A stretch of DNA of 64,000 nt. Source: Blepharisma stoltei ATCC 30299 (taxonomy: Eukaryota; Protista; Ciliophora). The notes beneath the pieces are model-generated. The model ran no database searches. It saw only the letters and a program-made list of their open reading frames with translations, and had not been told where the DNA came from. Made by a program: the position numbers and the translations under genes. Positions 23,704 through 33,886 of this stretch are shown piece after piece (positions within the stretch are counted from its first letter, which is position 1; the number at the start of each line of letters is the position of its first letter). The stretch is taken from the NCBI GenBank assembly GCA_965603825.1, contig CBFDEM010000038.1:186001-250000 (forward strand), written 5' to 3'.

Positions 23704-24219
23704 ATGGAGAGTGAAGAGGATAAGGAAATTATTAATATTGGGAGAATGGCACTTTCTGCGAGGGTTTATCCTGAGCATATAATTGAGGAAATAAAAGTGA
23801 TGAAAAGTACAAAAGGAATAATTTTATATGGAGACGGGATTAATTATAAAGTTGTAGGGGATAAGCTTGCAAAAAAATGACATGATATAACTGTTGTTAA
23901 AATTATTAATGGTTTAGATGTTTATAATGAAAATTTTGAGCAACAAATTTTGATGATTTTTCATGATGCGGAAAATGACCAAAGATTACAGGATTGAAGA
24001 AACCTTCATATCATTGTTATTGGCCATTTTGAAGCTATTTTTGGAGCTAATAATAGTGAATTAGAAGCTGAGAAAATTGCTAAAAATTTAATTATCTTGA
24101 AGCAAGAGGAACTAGATAATATTTTGATTGTTGGTATAGTAAATAATAAAAATGATATTGATGAAAACATTTTAACACAAGGTAAATTTGATGTGGAAAT
24201 AGAATTTGGAGCTTCATAA
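23704..24219 (+). CDS. Stand-alone degenerate NSF/Sec18 D1 AAA-like protein, 171 aa (absent from the ORF track)
   Basis: Open ATG-to-TAA frame with two TGA=Trp. It is colinear with NSF D1: ALSARVYPEHII, KGIILYG, KIINGLDVYN, IFHDAENDQR, LHIIVIGHFEAI, LDNILIVGIVN, IDENILTQGKFDVEIEFG. Confidence 0.8.
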
Positions 24220-24384
24220 AATTAATTTATCATAAAAGATTATAAAAAATAGCATTTTTTAATATAAAATTACATTTATTTTGTAAACCTATATACTGGA
24301 CAAATCTTTCAGTTAAAGATTTAATACCTTAGATAAAATCTTATCCATTTATTTATTGAATAATAATCTATAAAGCAGCTTTAT

Positions 24385-25029
24385 ATGAGCACAATTAAAA
24401 CTTCAAAGTCTGGCATAACATACACAAAAAGAAAAACGAGATCAAAAACTGTAAAATTTGAAAAAACTCCTAAAAAATCGGAAGGCAAGCGTACTGGATT
24501 TGAGCGTTCCAATACTTTAGAACAAGGATCAGACATAACGAACTCTTTTGATCTTTCTCACGATGCAATCAGCAAGGATGATTGGAAAACTCAGTCTATG
24601 ATGCATGAAGACGTGGAAAGATCTTTTGATTCCATCAATTTCGATATGGCAAAATCGTTTGAATTGGAAAATGGTCATACTTTTGAAGGGCACAAAGAAA
24701 GTGAAAGCGAAAATTCGCACAACGAAAAATACGAAGAAAATAAAATTTCTTTAGAAAATGTTATCCAAGAAAGCCAAGAAGACGAAAATCAGCTAAAAGA
24801 AGAGGTCAAGGAAAATCCAATAATCCCGTTAGAAAAAGAAAATAATTTTAAAATCGAAATTAAAGAAGAACCAAAACTTAAATCAAACAAAGAAAATAAT
24901 GAGGCTGTTAAAAATGCTTCTGAAACCAAGCCTAAAGAAGGAAAAAGCTCCAAAGTTATATATGGAGTCGCTATTGGTGCATTAGTATTACTAGGGATTG
25001 GGATTATTTATATTAGAAACAAGAAATAA
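24385..25029 (+). CDS. Probable tail-anchored membrane protein, 214 aa
   Basis: Charged body, single C-terminal hydrophobic helix VIYGVAIGALVLLGIGIIYI followed by RNKK. Confidence 0.75.
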   Translation: MSTIKTSKSGITYTKRKTRSKTVKFEKTPKKSEGKRTGFERSNTLEQGSDITNSFDLSHDAISKDDWKTQSMMHEDVERSFDSINFDMAKSFELENGHTFEGHKESESENSHNEKYEENKISLENVIQESQEDENQLKEEVKENPIIPLEKENNFKIEIKEEPKLKSNKENNEAVKNASETKPKEGKSSKVIYGVAIGALVLLGIGIIYIRNKK

Positions 25030-25046
25030 ATTATTTTTAAATTTTA

Positions 25047-26948
25047 TTATCTCAAGCTTAATTCATCATCTTTAAATTGTCCTATCGTATTGACATATTT
25101 TAGATCCCTCAAAAGCTCATCATTACTTTTATTCTTCATTTCTTGTAACAGTCATCTTCTCGAAGTAGTTTTAACAATAAACCTTATCATCTCCATCCCA
25201 GCTACCTTACAAACATAAATTAAATGGCTGCAAGCTATCCCATATCTCATTATTTTTTCACACGTGCAATAGCTATTTTCTCAGTCAACTTGATAATTTT
25301 TTATATTTTTTGTGGATTTTTGATCTTCTACAACTAAAATTTCTTTGTCGCCATCACTATCTATACTACAAAACTCAATATCTCTTATTGAGCTTAAGAT
25401 ATGTAAAATGCAATAAGATTCGTAAATGTATTGGATACCATTTATATTTTTCAGTAAACTGTTTATCATATTTGTAGAGCTCTTCATAGATAAATTTTTC
25501 ACACATAAATCTTCTTTATTTGATACTGAAACTTCTTCAAGATAAGAAAAAATTTGAAAAATTTGGTTTCTTTTGATTAGTTTTGTGAGCTTTCTTAGTA
25601 TTTTTTCGATGTTATTTAGCCTATTTTTGGAATCTAAGCCAGCTGTGAAATGTTTTTTTACTGAAAATTTAGTCCAGGATTCTAAGTCTAGCATTAACCT
25701 GGAAATTTCATGGTTTTTCTCTAATTCAGGATAATCATTTAATAGCGAGGAATATTTTTGTATCATTTCATTGTGATTTTCAGACTCATATATAGATAGA
25801 AATCGGTCCTTTATGATGCTTCACTCATGTATTAGCATTAATTTTAACCTTTTTTCAATATGATGAAAGCTGAGTATAATATTTGATTCTGGGAAATTCT
25901 CCAGCAAAGCTTCATGTTCTATTGGATTTGAGGTAGCCAAAATAGTTTTTGGGTTTCTAAATCCTTGCTCTCTAAAGCAATTAAATGATCACCCAAAATT
26001 TTCTTTGGCTTCTACTTTTATTAGAGCCATTGCTATCAAATTATTAATCCCATTAGAATCCACAGTAAAAAAAGTCAAACAGCAGCTATAGTATGGGTGT
26101 ATTTGAAATGAACTTTCTATAAGGATTATATCTCCCAGCCTGTTTCAGATTTCTACTTTTCTAGCAGTAGTGACAAATAATTTATTCCCGCCTGGATCTT
26201 TTATTGATATAGTGTCCTCCTCCATAAAATTATAATGTAAAATATCCTCAATTTCTGACGACGCATGCTGCGAATGTCCTTGGTATTTACTTTGCAAAAA
26301 ATATCTCAGCTTATTTTCATTTATAATGATATTTGGGTATTTTTGGGTTAAAATTTTATAGACTTGCCTAAATGTGAGACCAGTTGAAAACAGTTGAACA
26401 GCGTTATCTTTTATTGATCTTGGCAAATAAGTACATTGGGCCATGCTTTCTATATGTTCATTAGAAATTTTTGCATGATTATGATATGGGTAAATCTCTC
26501 CACAGCAATATTCTATACTATCAGGCACTGCATAGCTTACCAATCATTTCATTATAAACTTGCATGGAGTTTCTGGGGTAATTTTAGGAAATTTGTTCAT
26601 TTGACGAATTCGTGAAAAATAGCATGCCCATTCAATTCGTCTTTTATTAGAGCGCTGGCAACGAATAATAGTTTTGTCTTTTTGTAAGAATTCGTTGACA
26701 AGGTCAGATTTGAATTCTTCACGATTTTTCTTTTTAATTGTAGAGCCTTCAGAGTAAAGGTGAGAAATGTAGCCATCACTAAAATCTTCTTCAAATGCTG
26801 AAATTTCGTTTGTAAGGAAAGGCCGCTTTGTGAGGAGGTTAAAACTGTCAGATGGCTCATCGAAAGAAGATTTGAGATCATATTTCGAATTTACGGGGTA
26901 GTTATAAATGCGGAATCTTTGTGATGATGAATCTGCATTATCAAGCAT
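25047..26948 (-). CDS. Domesticated Mutator/MULE (FAR1/FHY3-like) transposase derivative: WRKY/GCM1-like Zn finger, degenerate MULE DDE domain, SWIM; 633 aa
   Basis: One frame through six TGA (26544, 26145, 25989, 25821, 25281, 25152) to TAA 25047. Motifs: WAC...PCKF...HNH; GDIILIESSF...FFTVDSNG...IAMALI..E..ENFGWSF...PKTILA...NFPESNIILSFHHI; FTAGLDSKNR; CTCEKIMRYGIACSH; RRW. Confidence 0.82.
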
Positions 26949-27304
26949 TATTAGATTATAAAGCCCCCTTTTAGTAAATGAGACTTTTAAAAGGAGTATC
27001 GTACCTTTTACAATTTTTTATGAATTTAAAACTTTGAGCTGAAAATAAATAAGAATAAAACATAATTTATGACTATTGGACTAATAGAAACATATTAAAG
27101 ATGCAGATAAAAAATAACTTGCTGTCTTATTATTCTTGAGCTTTTATGATGAGGCTTTAAAGTAACAAAAATATATTATTATTTTAATGATTTATTTGTA
27201 AGAATATTTAATTCTCCGAAATCATTTATTAATTCTAATATGTTTCATGCTTATGCAATTTTTCACAAATTCTTGTCATAAAAGCCAATATCTAATAAAG
27301 TAAA

Positions 27305-27655
27305 ATGGGAAACAAACATTCTGGAAGAGGTCACCTTTCAGAGCGCTGCAGGGCACTAGCAGAAGAAATATTCAAAGAAATTGACATAGATGGAAGTTTG
27401 ACTATAGATATGGAGGAAACAGCAAAGTGGTGGGATAGGAACTTTGCAATCGTCAATTCAAGAGCAATGTTTGAAAACGTTGACCGAGATCGTAACGGGA
27501 CAATTGAGTTCAATGAGTGAATAGACTTTTGGACAATGGTCAAGCACCAAGGCTACAGTGATGATGAGATATATGAAGAATTGACTAACTTGAAAAATAG
27601 AGGATCATGGGTGCAATTTATTGGAACTCAAGTTCATGCTAAAGCAAAGGATTAA
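27305..27655 (+). CDS. Small EF-hand Ca2+-binding protein, probably myristoylated, 116 aa
   Basis: EF loops DIDGSLTIDMEE and DRDRNGTIEFNE followed by TGA=Trp (27518); ends TAA 27653-27655; start MGNKHS. Confidence 0.85.
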
Positions 27656-28290
27656 AATATATTTAGACAAAAAGCTATAAAATAATAGTTTAAGAACTAT
27701 AAAGACAGGGAATAGTAAATTAGGCGAAATTCTATTGGGATTAGTTTTTTATAATGATTTTTGCTTTAAAAGCTATTTTGTTAATAAGCTTCACCAATAA
27801 TGATAATCTCATCATGACGTATGGATTTAATGATTTTAATTTGATCATTAATCAAGATAATTTTAGGAAATATGATACATATTAAATCCATAACTTTTTA
27901 GTTAAAATCTAGAAAAAGCTTATTTTAATGAAAAAGTTTAACTTAATTGTAGAGATAAACTGTAGATTAATTTCATAAGTTAGGCATTGAAATTATTTAG
28001 ACAGAGTAAAGCCTTATCCAGTAAATAATATTAGTTATGATGGGAGTTTAACTTTTTAATTATCCCTTTTAGTTAGAGAACAAGATTTTTGCTTACTTTG
28101 GAAGGGGTGCAATAAATTTGTTTATGTCTCGTATTTGTTTATATTTTGTCTGGAAATGAATGAGGATATTATTTTTATTATCAATATATTCAATTTTTTA
28201 TATTGACAATAAAGAGAAAATATGAAGAAATAAAAAGAAATAATCTCAATATTATCAAAATAGGAAACCATAATAAATTAATTACTTAAT

Positions 28291-29931
28291 TTACTCTAGG
28301 TTCTTCAAGCAGCTATATAGAAATTACTCTTCGCAAAGCTTTTCCCCATCGCAGCGTCCTTGACATTTTTTGTGGATATTATGCCCACAATTTCCAATAA
28401 TTATATTAATTTCATCAAGACTGCATAAAAATTACTCTGATTCGCACGTAACGCAAATCTCCCCTTTACTTTTCAACAAATCTTTATCTTTTCCCTTCCG
28501 GAAAAAAGCACTAGTCGCGTCTTCTCCAGTGCTCGGTCTATTTAAAATACCAGACATTCTTGCTGAAGTTTTTTCGGTTATAGAATCTTCATTGTCTTTA
28601 GTCACATTACAGTCATCCATTGCTGGAACTTCCAAAATCTTTTTGCTCAATTTCGACTTTTCCAGTTTATGCTGTCCTGGAAAAACTTTATGCTCAATTT
28701 TTCCAAACTTTTTTGAATATATTACACAATAAAAAACAGCTGCAAAAAATTCGCAAAATAAACTTACAATGCTCAAAATCGGCCCATCTTCAGGGCAAAA
28801 TGAAATATTGTCATCACTCGCTTTGACTCTACAATTTGCTCTATAAGATACCTCAGATAAATTAAACCAGCTAATTATTCCAATAAGATTAAATAGGACA
28901 CATAAGCTCGGCCAAACGTAATTCAGCTCAGAAGCCCCAAATTGTTTTTTTAAGACAAGATAGAGAAGATGTTCGAGCCATAGAACTAAAAATAGCAAAG
29001 AAAAGGTTATCATTCAGTAATAAATGTACCCTGCTTTAGAAAGTTTGTCAAATGCGGCACATTCACGTTGAGTTATTGCAAGATCTGATTCACTAGCACA
29101 GGATGGACCACTAATGCAATTATAGTCTAGGTTGTGGATTGAGATGCTGTTTTTTCGATAAGTGTCCATGCTTATAATGGTGCCTGTCATTTTTTTTGGG
29201 GACTGGAAACTTATCCAGTCCCAGTCAAGTGCTAGGCCTGTAAATAGAGCACCTAATAATATAACAGCAGCTACTTTACCGTTCATTAAGATATAGCCAT
29301 TTTCTAACCCTTTTAGTTCTTTTTCTTTATCTTCTGCTTTATTGCGAAGAATAATTGCTAAAATTACAAATCCGCACCCAATTCCACTTAAAATGAGTGA
29401 GGAAAGTAGGTAATTTGGCCCGTCACTATTACAGATATTTTTGTTATTATCACAATTCGAGCTAATTTTTGATTGGGTGATTTCAATATAGCTTAAAAAT
29501 CCTGCAAATTTTGATGAAGTAACTACTCCTATGAGCGCATAAAAAATCCACAATTTTCCATAGGCTTTTCGAAAAAGCATATAAAAAAGCCTTTCAAGCA
29601 GGAGGATAGTAAATAAACCTGCTATAACTTCACTTGATATAACACTTGAACGGGCTCTCATTAGTTTTCTGCCAATTGAGCATAGTTCAGATGACGAATC
29701 TTCCTTGCAAGAAATAGCAACTAAGCAATTCGGATTTGTATTTTTATACTCCGCAGGGCAATCATCACAATCAAGCATCCCATAGTTGAACGTCTCCTCA
29801 TTATAAGAGAAAGAATTTCACTTAGGAGTTAAAATGCTGGCAAAAGAAATAAACAGACTTGCTGTCAAAATAAACGATGATGAGACTAGTGCAGCAAAGA
29901 AACCAATAGAATGATTGAATATATGCTTCAT
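28291..29931 (-). CDS. Multi-pass membrane protein (two claudin/PMP22-like 4TM units) with C-terminal RING-H2, about 536 aa
   Basis: ATG 29931; TGA=Trp at 29818 and 29014; introns 28421-28435 and 28313-28327. The spliced C-terminus reads C-x2-C-x13-C-x-H-x2-H-x2-C-x9-C-x2-C. Confidence 0.78.
28313..28327 (-). other. 15-nt intron GTAATTTCTATATAG
   Basis: Removal restores the last CxxC of the RING; contains an in-frame TAA. Confidence 0.85.
28421..28435 (-). other. 15-nt intron GTAATTTTTATGCAG
   Basis: Removal joins the first CxxC to CGH of the RING; contains an in-frame TAA. Confidence 0.85.
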
Positions 29932-30314
29932 ATATTTATATTTGACTCTAAACTTCCATGATGGAGAATTTATTAAGAAAATAAAGATTTATTCATATTT
30001 TCATTCATATCATATTCTTTATTGTATACTAATGTGGTGCTTTACAGCATAAAAGGCTTTTATTAAAATAATATAATTTATTATGCTAAACAAACATTGT
30101 TTTTGTCAGGCTAGAAAAATCCTTAAATTAGCTAAATTTCACAGAACACAGCTAATATGAAAATTTCTATAATCCTCCAAATTTTATTTTTGCGAAAGCT
30201 TCACTCTTATTAGCACAATTTACCACTTATTTTAATTATTTTTTGGCAATTAGTAATCTATTCGTAGCATTGATAATTCCATATGTACAAAAATGCCAAT
30301 CTCTAATCATAATA

Positions 30315-31256
30315 ATGGATTCAGAACAAATAAGCCAGAAATTCAGAGAAAATCTTGAAGCTCCCAACACATCTCCAGCTCACGCCTCAATTAGAACTCT
30401 TACCCAAGTAATAGAAGCAAGCACAGAGCAGACAGTTCAAGGCCTTTCGAAAGAGCTTGAAAGAGCAGCATCCATCCTATATAATGAAGCTGAAAGCCGA
30501 AGTAAAATATTGGGAAGAACTCCTTTATCAGTTATAGCAGGCTGTGACATGTTTAGACATCATACTTCAAAAACTCTTGCAGCACTAGATTATGATGACT
30601 TCCCTAAGCTCAAAGCCAAGTTGGTAGAGCGTGGATATTACTTATCTGAGACTAGGCCAGCATTTTTACAGAAAATAGCTGATATGGCGATTTGCTGCTT
30701 TAAAGACAACCAAAGTGTGCTGGTCCATGGATACTCAAATGTAGTTAATCGTATTTTGGTGAAAGCTGCTGAGCAATTTCATATAACAGTGATAGTGACT
30801 GAGTGTAGGCCGTTTTGTGAAGGTTATATTATGTGTGAAGAATTAAAAAAACACAACATTCAATTTACGCTAATAATGGACAACGCTGTAGCCAGTGTTA
30901 TGGATGGAATTGACATGGTCATGGTAGGTGCTGAAGCTGTTGTTGAAAGTGGAGGAGTTATCAATAGAATTGGCACCTATGGCATCGGCTTAATTGCAAA
31001 GTTTTTCAAAAAGCCTTTATATGTATGTACAGAAAGTTTGAAATTCGTAAGGATGTTCCCACTAAGCCAGCGAGATCTACCGGAATGCACAAAATCTACA
31101 TGTCCGCCCATACAAGAATGCAAAGCTGTAGACAGTATCAGCATGACTGTATGTGACTTGACACCTCCTGAGCTAATATCACTCATGTTTACAGACTTAG
31201 GAATTTTAACGCCTTCAGCTATTTCTGACGAGTTAATAATGCTTTATAACCAATAA
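30315..31256 (+). CDS. EIF2B1: Translation initiation factor eIF-2B subunit alpha
   Basis: VLVHGYS, VTECRP, VMVGAEAVVESGGVINRIGTY, ESLKFVRMFPLSQRD, LMFTDLGILTPSAISDELI. First ATG is 30315. Confidence 0.9.
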   Translation: MDSEQISQKFRENLEAPNTSPAHASIRTLTQVIEASTEQTVQGLSKELERAASILYNEAESRSKILGRTPLSVIAGCDMFRHHTSKTLAALDYDDFPKLKAKLVERGYYLSETRPAFLQKIADMAICCFKDNQSVLVHGYSNVVNRILVKAAEQFHITVIVTECRPFCEGYIMCEELKKHNIQFTLIMDNAVASVMDGIDMVMVGAEAVVESGGVINRIGTYGIGLIAKFFKKPLYVCTESLKFVRMFPLSQRDLPECTKSTCPPIQECKAVDSISMTVCDLTPPELISLMFTDLGILTPSAISDELIMLYNQ

Positions 31257-31271
31257 ACTAGGCTTATTTTG

Positions 31272-32267
31272 TTAAACGCAAGAATTAATTACTTTATTCA
31301 GCTTGCTTCTTAGTATATGCATTTTTTGCAAAACCGGATTGATTTTTTTTGGAATCTTTGGCTGTAAAATAGTAAGAGCACTTAAAGAAAATAGTAGTTT
31401 TGATCTTTTCGCCAGAATTTTAAACCTCCTCCAGCATTGGTTGTCAGTCCTTAATTTAACTAATTTAGCGATCTTGCTTCAGCGTTTCCCTAAATAGCAG
31501 ACTCCTAATATCAGCCTAATGTCTTCGCTTTCACTCCAACTTGCAGAATTTACTTCAGGGCTTAATATATTGCAATATCTTTCTCGGCATTGAATATCAG
31601 TTCTATGTGGAACATATTCAGCTATTAAATTTCAGTTGCCTCCAAATACTTTTACAGCAAGTGCAAGCTTGATGTCTTCTTCTTTATCCCACTTTCCTCT
31701 ATGAATATTTGGGTGGATTGTCTTCATTCATCGATGATAGCACTGCGAATTTGTTTTCCCGTCTACACAATTCGAAATTTCCCGTCAATTATTTATTCCA
31801 TATTTTGCTACAGCATGATGAAGCTGGAAATCTTCATCTTTAGATCAGGATAAAGTCCGAATAAAAACAGGTGATTTTCTGTAATGCTTTTCGTGCATGC
31901 GGAAACAATCTATTTTTGTCTTGTTTAATAATACTGAGATCTCTATTCAGTTTGGACCTAGCTTATCGTAGGAAGTTTTTAATGTTGAAAGCTCTGATGC
32001 AGAAAACTCTTTTGCGGAAGGCAGTGATGGAGTTTTAAATTTCTTTAGAAATTGTTGAAGTTTGAAACAAGGGTGAATCGGGATTTTTGGCTTTGGTGGC
32101 TTTTTTGGCTTCTCTGGGGTATTTTTTTTGTTTTTTTGGCGTTTTATAATAGATATTGTTTTAAGCTTTTTATCCAGCTCAATTAAGTAGCTTCTTAAAT
32201 AATTCTGATAAGCCCTGGAAGCTCGTATAGACTGAAAGATATTTCTTAGGATTTCCAGTTCATTCAT
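31272..32267 (-). CDS. SNAPC4: SNAPC4/SNAP190-like four-repeat Myb protein, 331 aa
   Basis: One frame through six TGA (31947, 31845, 31785, 31728, 31632, 31479), all at Myb Trp positions; QCYHRW, RGKWDKEED, RTDIQCRERY, RTDNQCWRR. Confidence 0.78.
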
Positions 32268-32293
32268 AAAATTATTATTCTAATTATTTTTGA

Positions 32294-33607
32294 TTAAGAG
32301 AATGAAGGATTAAGAAGCATATTTTCTCTTTTTGGTCCTACCCCAACCCATGAAATTGGCACTCCTGTGACTTCAGTAATTTTATCCAGATATTTTTTGG
32401 CATTTGTAGGAAGACTATTCCAGTTTTCAATTTTAGTTGTATCGCATTTCCACCCTTTGAGAGTCTCATATTGGACTTGAACTCTGCTTAAGTCTTCTAA
32501 GTTGCTTGGCATTGTATATATTGGGCTTCCATCAAGCATATACCCAACTCCTATTCTGACTTCATCTAGTTCGTCAAGGATATCAAGTTTGGTGATGTTA
32601 ATGGAAGTATAATTATTGATCATATGTGTATATTTCACGACCATCAAATCAAGCCAACCACATCTTCTTTTTCTTCCTGTAGTAACTCCAATTTCTTGTC
32701 CTTTAGTCTGCAAGTGGTCTCCTACACCTCCAATAATTTCAGTTGGGAAAGGCCCAGCACCGACTCTCGTTGTATATGCTTTAACAACTCCAATAGTAGA
32801 TTCAATTTTAGATGGTGCAATGCCAAGGCCTGAGCTGATTCCAGCTACTCCAGTAGAGCTTGATGTAACATATGGCCACGATCCATAGTCTACATCTAGC
32901 ATTAATGCATTTGCTCCTTCACAAATCAGTCTTTTCCCATCATCAAGGCCTTTATTTACTAGATAGACAGTATCTACTATCATAGGCCTGATTTCACGAC
33001 TCAGGCTTTGAAATTCGTCAAGTTCTTTTGCACGGTCTATTTTAAGGCTGTAGGCATGCTCAAAGAAATCAACTACCCTGTTATATTTGTGAACAAAAGA
33101 ATCCCAGTGGAGTAAATCGCCGACTCTTAGCCCAATTCTCATCATTTTGGTGGTATATGTTGGGCCGATTCCACGCTTTGTAGTTCCTATTCCTTCAGAA
33201 CCACGTGATCTTTCTTGGGCACCATCTGCTTCTATATGAGCTTGAGTTACGATATGAGCCCTGTCAGAAACAAAAATTCTGTCGCGGCAAGTAATTCCTG
33301 CTGCTTCTACCTGCTTGATTTCTTCAAGCATTGTAGGAAAATGCATAACGACGCCATTTCCTAGTATATTGTGAGTGCGTGAGTAGAGAACTCCACATGG
33401 CAAGAGATGGAAACCAAATTTAACGCCATTTGCATGCACAGTATGGCCAGCATTGGCACCTCCATTAAAACGTCCAACCATATCATAGTCCCTAGCAAGA
33501 ATATCAACAAGTTTTCCTTTTCCTTCGTCACCCCATTGACTTCCAACAACTGTGCAAACTTTACTATGCCTTCCAGTTTTGCAGAATGAAAAAGCACGCC
33601 TAAGCAT
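32294..33607 (-). CDS. ADSS: Adenylosuccinate synthetase
   Basis: GSQWGDEGKGK, GGANAGHT, IGTTKRGIGP, KAYTTRVGAGPFPTE, GVTTGRKRRCGWLD. Confidence 0.97.
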   Translation of the reverse strand: MLRRAFSFCKTGRHSKVCTVVGSQWGDEGKGKLVDILARDYDMVGRFNGGANAGHTVHANGVKFGFHLLPCGVLYSRTHNILGNGVVMHFPTMLEEIKQVEAAGITCRDRIFVSDRAHIVTQAHIEADGAQERSRGSEGIGTTKRGIGPTYTTKMMRIGLRVGDLLHWDSFVHKYNRVVDFFEHAYSLKIDRAKELDEFQSLSREIRPMIVDTVYLVNKGLDDGKRLICEGANALMLDVDYGSWPYVTSSSTGVAGISSGLGIAPSKIESTIGVVKAYTTRVGAGPFPTEIIGGVGDHLQTKGQEIGVTTGRKRRCGWLDLMVVKYTHMINNYTSINITKLDILDELDEVRIGVGYMLDGSPIYTMPSNLEDLSRVQVQYETLKGWKCDTTKIENWNSLPTNAKKYLDKITEVTGVPISWVGVGPKRENMLLNPSFS

Positions 33608-33886
33608 TTTTATTTTCTTTATTGGTCAATTATTGAGATTTTCAATAGAGAATAACTAGATTTTTATTATTAATAAATTGATAACAGCAATAATTTTTAT
33701 TAATTATTTAAACCAATTTTTCTTAAATTGTTTAAAGCCTGATATTAGATTTGATAAAGCTATTCTCATGATTTAAAATCTCTATTTTATTATAGATTCA
33801 ATTAAATCCGCTTTAAGTCTCTCCTAAGCCTTAGCCTTATAAACAACTCTTATCATAAATCTTGAAAAAATGTGGACTGATAATAA

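Noticed and set aside
25047-26948. Active Mutator transposon
   Set aside because: The catalytic residues are altered, I saw no TIRs or target-site duplication, and only 17 bp separate it from the adjacent gene.
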